The notes below the pieces were generated by a model. The model searched no databases. It worked only from the letters and a program-made list of their open reading frames with translations, and was not told where the DNA came from. Below are positions 35,373-64,000 of a stretch of 64,000 bases of DNA, one piece after another; positions within the stretch are counted from its first letter, which is position 1, and the number at the start of each line of letters is the position of its first letter. The stretch spans positions 1 to 64,000 of the forward strand of contig CBDBZY010000051.1 of the NCBI GenBank assembly GCA_965213685.1, in the 5' to 3' direction. The translations under genes and the position numbers were made by a program. Origin of the DNA: a bacterium (GTDB lineage: Bacteria > UBA8248).

Positions 35373-37537
35373 TCAGGTTGTGGTCCATAAAACAGCAGCA
35401 ACAATGGCCATCAGAACAGTCCCAGCCATCATCCACAAGTGCAGGGCTGTGAAGAGTTGTGTGAGGTTAGGGCAAAGATTGTACAAATATGTCTTACAGT
35501 TAAAGGATAAAACTGAAGTGCTTCTATCCTGGTCTGTCACTGTTGCTCTTTTCTCAACATCCTTCAGAATAATCTGTGCAGGCCTCACACTCAACACCTC
35601 AGCCACACGGTCCGTTAACTCCTATATATGTGCATGGTGAGAAGGCAGCTAAGAACTCCACTCCTTCCTAGACCTCTACTGAGCACACCTTCCTAGTTTC
35701 GTCTGGGAATTGGTATGCACACAAGCAGATCTTCTGTCCAGCTACCACCACTAAAACTCGCTTTGGTAACTGCCACACACACATCTCTGACTTTCCTGTA
35801 CCCAAAGAGAGTGGATTCACCTGGCTTCGTGCCAGATTCTGCCTCAGTTCTTCCTGCTTCTCTGCACTGTCTTCACAGAGTCTGGTCCAGCGCACTGCAG
35901 AGCTCCTCAGAATGTCCTCACCAAGTCTCTGCATAGCATACCATACAACTCTCTCCTTGCCAGTTGGTATGTCAGCCAAGGACTGCACAGCATACCTGAG
36001 CTCCATCCACTGCAGTTGCTTCAGGAGGAACATATGCAATGCCTGCTACCTCTCCATGCACTTGCAGCATGACTGCACATTCCATCAGAGTGCTGGAGCC
36101 ACACGTAGTCGGCTGTGCCAAGGAGTGGATGGTAGAGGGTCGTACACAGGAAAAGGCATCAGTACATAGTGTACTTGTCCAGGCAAGCCATATAGCAGAT
36201 GCTTCTAGTCTACAGGAAGACAAACAGTACTCCACCTTCTGCGTCGGGTGCAGAGTGCAGTGGGTGTGCCGTTCATGCATTTCAGTCTCCAGTGGCTCAT
36301 CTCTGGCATAGCACTTGTCCCCCACCACCACCAGCCCTGACTGCAAAGGAGCCAATGCCTGCAGCAGATGCTCCTGCACAAGAATTAATGCACCAGAGAA
36401 GTCATGAAAAGAACAGACCTACGGCCAACCACCGCCTCACACCTGCACAGTCTGGCAGATGTCACCAGCAGTGCTGGGCATGTAAATGTCCATCCTCAAA
36501 GGAACAGTGCAGTCCAAACGATGTAAGGAGTCAGCTTGTGTCTGGACGCTGAGAGTAGCTGGCTGGTATCCAGCCTGCAGGAAAAACACACACACACACA
36601 CACACACACAGAAATTGCTCTAACAGATTACAAAATTACCACTGAGTTACTGATATCCAGTCGCTGACATGAGAATCTGTACAAAGATATACATTCATCC
36701 TCTGTTGAGATTGGAGGGCAAAGGCATCGTGCTACCTGTGTGTGGTTGTTGACAAGTGCAGCAACACTCTGTAAGAATGTGGTTGATGCAAATAGTTTAA
36801 CAGGGGCTTGCTGATTTGGCACACTTTAGGAATCAAAAAGTGAAGTTTAGCCAGTGCAGAGCTGCTGAGTGCACCAGAGACCAGGTAGAGCCCCACGACG
36901 GTCAGGCCTCCAGGGAGCATGTCCCACACCTGCAGCCAAGTGCATACACACACAAGTAGCCAGTGGACACAAAACAATGGTCAGAACTATCCCTAGACTT
37001 GGTAATACCTGATGAGCATGATCATCCACCCACCACCCCTCAGCTGGTAGGTCATCTTTCCCTTTAAAAGAAACTGCCATACTAACTACACATGAGCAAA
37101 CACTCACAACCCCCTACTGTGCAATGCTACTGTGCAATGCTACTGTGCAATGCTACTGTGCAATGCTACTGTGCAAGCTACTGTGCAATGCTACTGTGCA
37201 ATGCTACTGTGCAATGCTACTGTGCAATGCTATCAATGGTACACTACAGATGAACCAATGTGTGGAGTGCAGCAAACCCTCACAAAAAAATGAAATGTTG
37301 AGGACTAAGCTCTTACCACTGTTGTCTCCCACAGCACCTTCCAGTAGTGGCGTAGGCGCGTGAAGTAAAACGCAATCCCTCTCCGCAGACAACTAGCAGT
37401 GACGAATGGCTGACAACCAAACTCATTCATCGTTCGTTATGCTCACTTACCAGGCCGACCAGCACGCCAATCCCCGTCCGCGGGCTGGTGATGAGCTGCT
37501 GTTTCACTCTCTCTTGCAGCACTACTTCATGAGTCAT
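35373..37537 (-). CDS. ODR4: ODR-4 homolog (GPCR maturation factor, C-terminal TM)
   Basis: GIGVLVGL|LSAERDCVLLHAPTP, WWVDDHAHQ|VWDMLPGGLTVVGLY, EDILRSSAVR, WQLPKRV, C-terminal hydrophobic anchor. Confidence 0.85.
37114..37233. repeat. 13-bp minisatellite (ctactgtgcaatg), about 9 copies, intronic
   Basis: Directly visible. Confidence 0.95.
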
Positions 37538-37606
37538 TGTTCTTGTTGAAGCGCACCCAGACCAGCATGACACATGGGGATTTCCCGAATTGTAATCGGC
37601 GGGAAC

Positions 37607-39876
<2,270 letters not shown>

Positions 39877-39990
39877 TGGAGCCGGTGACAGGGACACATG
39901 TTGTGTAGGCAAATGTAATAATAATTATACAAGTAACAGTTTTGAGCTGATGTATATATGTGCTGGTTCTGAGCTGATGTATTGCTATGA

Positions 39991-41909
<1,919 letters not shown>

Positions 41910-42053
41910 CTGGCTTGCATAAGGAATACAGAAATATTGGAACAGAAATATTGGAACAGAGTTGGGACAGGCAAGAGGGTGTGCTATATTTGGAAAAGTA
42001 GTAGGTAAGTTGTGCTCTGTTGCTGTTTCTTACGGATAGAATTGTGAGAGAGT

Positions 42054-42980
42054 ATGGTGTTCTTAACGCGCGTGTGGCGACACGGAGTGGCCGCACTCTC
42101 GGAAACCCTTGGCCACTGTGTACCTGCGCACAAGCCGCTATCTGAGGGCGATCTGCAGACCCTCGAGCGATTTTTACTGAGTTCCCGGAGGCTCTTTGTT
42201 ATGAGTGGGGCTGGTATCTCCACGGAGTCCGGGATCAAAGACTACCGCTCAGAGGCAGTAGGACTCTACGCTACCTCCTCGCACCGACCCACCACCATTG
42301 CAGATTTCCTTCGCAGCGCCGGCGTGCGGCAGAGGTACTGGGCCAGAAACACGACCGCCTGGCCTGTGTTCAGAGCCTTCACCCCCAACGTCTCCCACAC
42401 GTTCTTTGCAGCGCTAGAAAAGATGGGTCGCTTGCATTGGCTGGTGACACAGAACGTGGACCGCCTGCACCACAAGGCTGGGTCGCAGCGTGTTACTGAG
42501 CTGCACGGCAGCGTGTTCTCGGTGTCCTGCCTCTCCTGCAGACGCAGCGTCAGCAGAGAACAGCTCCAGGAGCGCATCTATCAGGAGAACCCCACATGGA
42601 ACGCCACGCCCGAAGGCTTTGCTCCTGATGCAGATGTGTTTGTGTCGGAAGAGGCGGTCCAGACCTTCACCACTCCGTTGTGCCAGCGGTGCGGGGGAGA
42701 CCTCAAGCCAGACGTAGTGTTCTTTGGGGACTCTGTTCCAAGGGAGAGAGTGGACTTCATCAACAGCCGTTTGGCGGAAGCTGACAGTTGTCTGGTGGTG
42801 GGTTCTTCTCTGGAAACGTATTCCTCTCTCAGACACATTCGCCATGCCACTGAGCTGGGCTTGCCCCTGCTCATTCTGAACATAGGCCACACTAGAGCAG
42901 ATGCATTTGCAGATATAAAGGTCTCTGGAAGATGTGGAGAGGCCTTTGACTGGCTTTCCAAGAGGCTGATGCTGGACTAA
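42054..42980 (+). CDS. SIRT4: Sirtuin 4 (class II, mitochondrial), intronless CDS
   Basis: GAGISTESGIKDYRSEAVGLY, RQRYWARN, TQNVDRLH, ELHG, CLSC...CQRCGG, LKPDVVFFG. Confidence 0.95.
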   Translation: MVFLTRVWRHGVAALSETLGHCVPAHKPLSEGDLQTLERFLLSSRRLFVMSGAGISTESGIKDYRSEAVGLYATSSHRPTTIADFLRSAGVRQRYWARNTTAWPVFRAFTPNVSHTFFAALEKMGRLHWLVTQNVDRLHHKAGSQRVTELHGSVFSVSCLSCRRSVSREQLQERIYQENPTWNATPEGFAPDADVFVSEEAVQTFTTPLCQRCGGDLKPDVVFFGDSVPRERVDFINSRLAEADSCLVVGSSLETYSSLRHIRHATELGLPLLILNIGHTRADAFADIKVSGRCGEAFDWLSKRLMLD

Positions 42981-43063
42981 ATATATTGTGTGCATACATA
43001 GTGATATATTATTATACTTGTACATTTATTATGGTGGCCCGAACTGTCTCTTGCAGGTGGCCG

Positions 43064-44308
43064 ATGATTAGTAGACTCAGCAGGTTATTACACGCTGGTG
43101 CACAGTGGGCGGCAATGGACCTGCAGTCTGTGGTGGGCCACCTGGAGGCCATCTCCCCCTCCTCCCGAGCAGAAAGCTGGGACAATGTGGGGCTGCTGGT
43201 AGAGCCTTCAGGAAACCCTGCAGTGCACAGCATAATGTTAACTACTGACCTGACGGAGGCGGTGATGGACGAGGCCGAGGGTGTGGGGGCAGGGCTGATA
43301 GTGTCTTACCACCCTCCAATATTTCACCCTCTGAAGAGGCTCACCCAGAACACAGCCAAGGAGAAGATTATTGTGCGAGCGCTAGAGCTGAAGATGGCTG
43401 TCTACTCCCCCCACACTGCCCTGGACAGCATTGAGGGAGGAGTAAATGACTGGCTACTTCAGGGGCTGGGGGAAGGCCAGGTGCAGGTTCTGAATGTCAG
43501 CATGCTTTCTCCTCACCCATCCAAACTACTGACTGTCCATGGGCTGGCAAAGGAGGCTGCACCAGGGCTGGTCCAGGGGAGAGGCGTGACCTCCAAACCT
43601 TCTCAAAGGTCCGTGCCTTCTGCCAGCAGCACAATGTACCCACTCACTTCTCCTGTTTGATGTGCAGTGACCCGTCTCTCTGTGACCTGGAGCTGACCTG
43701 CACAGATGCTGAGGTGGCCTCTCTGCTCCTCCACCTCCACACCACTGCACCCAACACTCACCTCTCGCTCCAATCCAGAACTCAGGTAGACAGTCAACAT
43801 CATGGCAGGTGCTGCATGTGCCAGAGCTAACCTAGTGCCTCTGGTGGCAGGTCCCAGTGGCAGGAGCAGGGCGAGTACTCACCCTCACTGAACCCGTGAC
43901 CCTCTCACAGTTGGTGAGCAGAGTCAAAGCTCACCTACATCTTCCCTACGTGAGGGTGGCCTGCCCAGCTGGCTGGAAAGAGGAAGCTACTCTTTCCACC
44001 ATAGCTGTGTGCGCTGGCTCTGGGGGTCGAGTCCTCAAGGATGTGGATGCTAATGTGTACCTAACAGGTTTGTTCCTCTAGTCCAGCCACAGGCTCTGCA
44101 ACGTGACCCTCTGCCCCCTGCAGGGGAGATGAGCCACCATGACGTGCTGGCAGCCACCGCCAGGGGAGTGGTGGTGATCCTGTGTGAACACAGCAACACA
44201 GAGAGAGGGTTTCTGCAGTCCTACTTGTCCCTCCTACAGGCCAGGCTAGCACCAACTGTGGCCATGGCTCTGTCAAAGAGTGATGTGGACCCTCTCACAG
44301 TTGTGTAG
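43064..44308 (+). CDS. NIF3L1: NIF3-like protein 1 (alternative in-frame ATG at 43031)
   Basis: AESWDNVGLLVEP, SYHPPIF, YSPHTALD, GGVNDWL, AVCAGSG, GEMSHH, CEHSNTERGFL. Confidence 0.95.
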
Positions 44309-44468
44309 GGCTGTTCTCATATTGTGCTAGGTTAGAGTTACTATCTATGTTTATAGCTACTCTCACAATAATTGTGTAGTACTGTTTTATGTTATAAAAT
44401 TGTGCTAATTGATAGCTACAAACAAATACTCTGACATGTTCTGAGTGTTCTTTGGCTGGCTCTGGTGG

Positions 44469-51538
<7,070 letters not shown>

Positions 51539-51611
51539 TTGGACAGTGGGCTTTAATTGGATACCAGTGTATATGATGCGCATCAAATAGATTTCGACGC
51601 ACGGAAACAGA

Positions 51612-53212
51612 ATGGGCGGAGGAGACCTGGTGAGGGCTGGGTAAGGTGGTACTGGGCCACTCACTCTGTGCCACTCCTGGCGGTAGATAATGGGATGAAT
51701 TCTGAGCACGCGTTCACTGGCCCACTCTGTGGCCCCCCAGAACCTCAAGAAGAGCTGGCACCCGTCCACCTTTCACAACTTGGAGAAGGTGTGGAAATTG
51801 GAGCAGAAAAATGAGGCAGAGAGGAAGAAAATTGAGCAGCTACAACAGGAGCTGAGGGAGGAGCGGTCCAGAGAGGATGTCCAGCGCATGGCAGTGGAGG
51901 CTGGGGTAGTGAAGTGAGCCGGCAACTGAGTTGAGGTACGTGTGTGTGCACAGTTACGTTGTGTCTGAATCACTGAAGGAAAAAAGATGACCGAGTGGAC
52001 TGGATGTATGCTGGGCCAGCGAGCCACGTGGACAGGGAGGAGTACCTGCTGGGAAAAAGGATTGACAGGCAGATTGACCCACTGCTGGCCAGTGAGGAGA
52101 AGGAGAAGGAGGTGAGGAGGAGAGGGTGGGGGCGTGGAGAGGGTGGAGGTCACAGTGTTCTTCTGGGGCAGGCACTGGCTACTGGACCAGGCGCGCTGTT
52201 CTCAGCTCCTGATGCAGCCAACAGTACAGCTGACCTGGCCATCAAGGTGAGGGAAGACCCTCTGTTTCTGATCAGGAAGAAGGAGGAAGAGGCCAAGAAG
52301 CAACTGGCCTCCAACCCTGTTAAGATGAAGCAACTCCAGGAGGTATGTCTCAACATACATGTACATAGGAGCTTGCATAACTCCTCCCACCACTCGCTCC
52401 ACTTGCCTCAGCTGCTGGCTAAAGAGAGGCACAGTAAGCACCACCACAAGTCAAAGAAGAAGAAGAAACAGAGAGAGCGCTCCAGATCACCACACAGGTA
52501 CTGCATGTTGTGTGGGTGTGGATGTGTGTGTAGTGTGAGTTGTGGCTCTGCTCACTACAGGAAGTCCAGCAAGAGGAGGAGGTGAGTTGTGTTGTGTGGA
52601 CCGCATGGCGGGAGGTGTGTTGCCGAACTCTCTGCTACATCCCACAGAGAGCAGTCCCCCTCTCCTGTGCGGCAGAGGCAACACTCCCCACTCCCAGCCA
52701 GGCACACATCTCATGCCTCACCCTCACAACGTCACCACTCACCTCCTCACAAGACCACCTCCACAGCCTACAAGTCCCATAGCAGGTGAGGTGTGAGATG
52801 GTGTGAGATATGTGGTCTGGGATGTGGGATGGTGTGAAGTGTGTGGTGTGGAGTGTGTGATTGGTGCCCTGTGTGTGCAGCCGACTCAGCCGGGAGGAGC
52901 TGGAGAGGAGGAGGGAGGAGATGATGGCGGATGCCAGGACCCATGGCCGGGAGAGGGAGCAGCGTCTGAGGAGGCATGAGGAGGAGAGGAGGTGGGAGGA
53001 GGAGGACAGCCACACCTCACACTCATCAGACTTCCTACAGTGAGCAAGGGAGAGGCTGACCAGAGACCGCATGACCTTCTCCCCCTCCACCCAGGCCCCT
53101 GCGTGTGCAGTCCATGTCAGCTGCCCGCTCTGTGGAGGAGAGGATCCACCGCAGCATCGGATCAGTGCAGAGAACCAGCGCAGCTCTTGACTCTCACTTC
53201 CTCAGGAAATAG
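51612..53212 (+). CDS. CWC25: Pre-mRNA splicing factor CWC25
   Basis: MGGGDL|NLKKSWHP, VDWMY, REEYLLGKRID, KVREDPLFLIRKKE. Confidence 0.95.
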
Positions 53213-53613
53213 TGCTCTCCTCGCATTTTCCTATCATGTTCACTGTACAAGCACCTACCAACTGCACTGCATAGTACCATCACTGTGTGTTTATGCCTGC
53301 ACTGTGACTGTGTATTTATATCTGCTGGCTGGCCTATATACTGGTTGAATTATGAAAAGAACTAAAGTGCAAACCCTCGATCGGCGCAGTTGCATTGCCT
53401 GCTACAACAGCCTGCACAAATGATGCGAGCATTAATATTGTTGGCTTAGGTCAAGCAAAGCATGCTGATCCCAGTTCAGTTCATCACAACTTACAAGCTT
53501 GGATCAGATGTCCATGTATAACAATTATTGCTACTGTGCATGTTCTGAATTGTGTGTGTATAATTATATAGTAACGCTGTGTGTACATATTGATTGCTGT
53601 TGGTGTTCTGCTG

Positions 53614-53656
<43 letters not shown>

Positions 53657-53913
53657 ATTGATCATTGATCATCCACGCAGTGTTACATAGCATCAGTGAT
53701 TCAAAGAGCAAGATGTGATTTGGAGACAGAACAGCATGGGGAAAGTGGATGTGTGTGGTGGAGGTTGAAGGTAAAGAGGTGAGGGGCGTAAAGGGATGGA
53801 GGAGAGTCCAGAAGTGATGGTTTGTGCCTGTGCAGAGAATAGTGGGAGTGAGCAGGGGGACGTCACTACTCATGAAGTCAATACCTGCACAATCCTATTA
53901 GGAGTGGTTGCTG

Positions 53914-62107
<8,194 letters not shown>

Positions 62108-62111
62108 GGCT

Positions 62112-62146
<35 letters not shown>

Positions 62147-63204
62147 GAGGAGGAGGAGGAGGAGGAGGAGGAGGAGGAGGAAGAGGAGGAGGAGGAGAGG
62201 TGTGAGGTGGTGAGGGAGGAGGGGAGAGAAGAGAGGGAGGATGGGAGGTGGGAGGGGGGGAAGGAAGGAAGGAAGTGAGGAGGGAGGGGAGGGGAGGGGA
62301 GGGGGGAAGGGAGAGAATGAGAAGTTTGATTGTGACATGCCACTCTGCACTGTGATCAGTGGTGTTGTGTACATGTACCATTACAACATTAGGCACTGGA
62401 TGCTTGCCGCTGGACAGAATACCTTGCTCCAGCCAATGTCCACTACCGGGAGGAGACATTTCACAGAAGAGACACACAGCACCACAGCAGGTGACCTGGA
62501 CTAACACCTACCACCCAATCACTGCTGCTGTGACTGGCCTAACATGCTGAAGTGACCAGATGTGGGCCACTTATCACTTCCCCCTCCCCCTTTCCATGAG
62601 TTGACCCAAACAAAGCCGTTGCCTAGATACATTTGAAGGCACCATCCCTCAATCCCACTGGGTATTGCTAGCAGGCTCTGAAGTGCAGCAAACATCGTGA
62701 GAACAAAGCCTGCAGAGGAACACCCATTGGGCCAGACCGAATGTGAATACTGGCAGTAGTGGGTGGTGAATGGCCTACTGGCCAGTGAATTCACTGTCCA
62801 GCGTGGCTGGAGACAGGCACCTCAGCCATGAATACCACTAGCAGGGCCTGCAGAGCAGCCTCTGTCTGGCACACACACTCACACCCACAGGAGGCCAGCA
62901 CAGACACCGCATGGTACACCAGCCACAGAGGGGGGAGGGAGGGACGTCCTATCAACAGGCCTTGGCATGCAGCAGTGCTGAAACCAGTCGTCTGTCGCCT
63001 CAGGCCTAATGCAGCAACACACAACCCCAGTCACGGGCCACTCACACACCTCCCACTGACAATGCCACAGGCCACTAGTCTCAGAGCAATGTGTCTGCTG
63101 TGCACCTTCCTATAGGACATATGGTTCACAGACATAGCCCACTGCCAGCCAGGAGGTAAAAATGGGCCCACAAATCACTCCTTCTGTCACCACCAAGGTG
63201 CCTG

Positions 63205-63362
<158 letters not shown>

Positions 63363-64000
63363 ACAGATGTCCACATAATGGGTGGGCCTCCCCCACAAAC
63401 TGTAAGTGTGCGACTAAACGGTGATCGATCTTCAGAGCTAGTGTGTGTATGTATTTGCTTGCGTGTTCGCGCGCTATAAAACGTCAAGTAAGGCCTACTT
63501 GGACCCTGATCTCTCGGTAACCGATCTCTCCACAACCCCATGACACGTGAGCCGCGGTTCTCTGCCCGTAGCCTACTGCCCGGCGTTACAGCCAAGCCCC
63601 CCAGTACATAGATACGCCAGTAGTGAAGTATTGCACTCACCTAATGGAAACGCCGCAGACAAGTCAGCGGTACCGTCTCTCCATGTAACTACCCCCTAAA
63701 CTGCCTAACGTCAGCATGCAGAGTGAATTCATAACTAAAGCAATTACACAATAATTGATTACGTCACGCATCATTATATCCGCCCACGCAAAAGCGAACG
63801 GGGCAAAAGCATTTGATCAGGGAATACGGTGCAAACATTCACTGGTCACAGAGGCAACGGAGACTTAGGGAATAGCTATAGTACAGCAGAGCATGTCTCT
63901 TAGCAACAGTCAAAGAAGTAGGTGGGGCCTGGCTTAGGCATACATGTCCTCATGGTCAGCAGTGGCCATTTCCACTTCCTCCAAACTGGAGAAGTTCAGG

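Noticed and set aside
63658-63717. Minus-strand ATGs in the putative TTC28 first exon as the CDS start
   Set aside because: The frame (MLTLGSLGGSYMERRYR) stops before the donor near 63640. At most this is an upstream ORF.

Overview
Eukaryotic, very gene-dense, intron-rich animal DNA, most consistent with a sponge (introns mostly 45-120 nt, many (CA)n tracts, several divergent gene pairs under 200 bp apart). The taxon is inferred and not proven. Bases 1-5499 are a strand-biased GTTGACA(NN) tandem array with three interspersed hairpin-rich cassettes, ending in a piggyBac-like AAGGG|TTAA terminus. The genes that follow are: a decayed prefoldin-1 copy, TUT1/Star-PAP, three paralogous uncharacterised four-TM genes, CCDC74 and KIAA0753/moonraker head-to-head around an RFX X-box, PPIL2, YPEL, a tandem pair of ERK MAPKs with U12-type introns (one apparently converted to U2), an intron-rich prokaryote-type NhaC-family transporter, ODR4, LUC7L3, a coiled-coil protein resembling the SPAG5/Astrin C-terminus, intronless SIRT4 packed against NIF3L1, MED23, CWC25 and TTC28. 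Gene models were assembled by eye from remembered protein motifs and splice signals. No database search was run, so exon boundaries are approximate.
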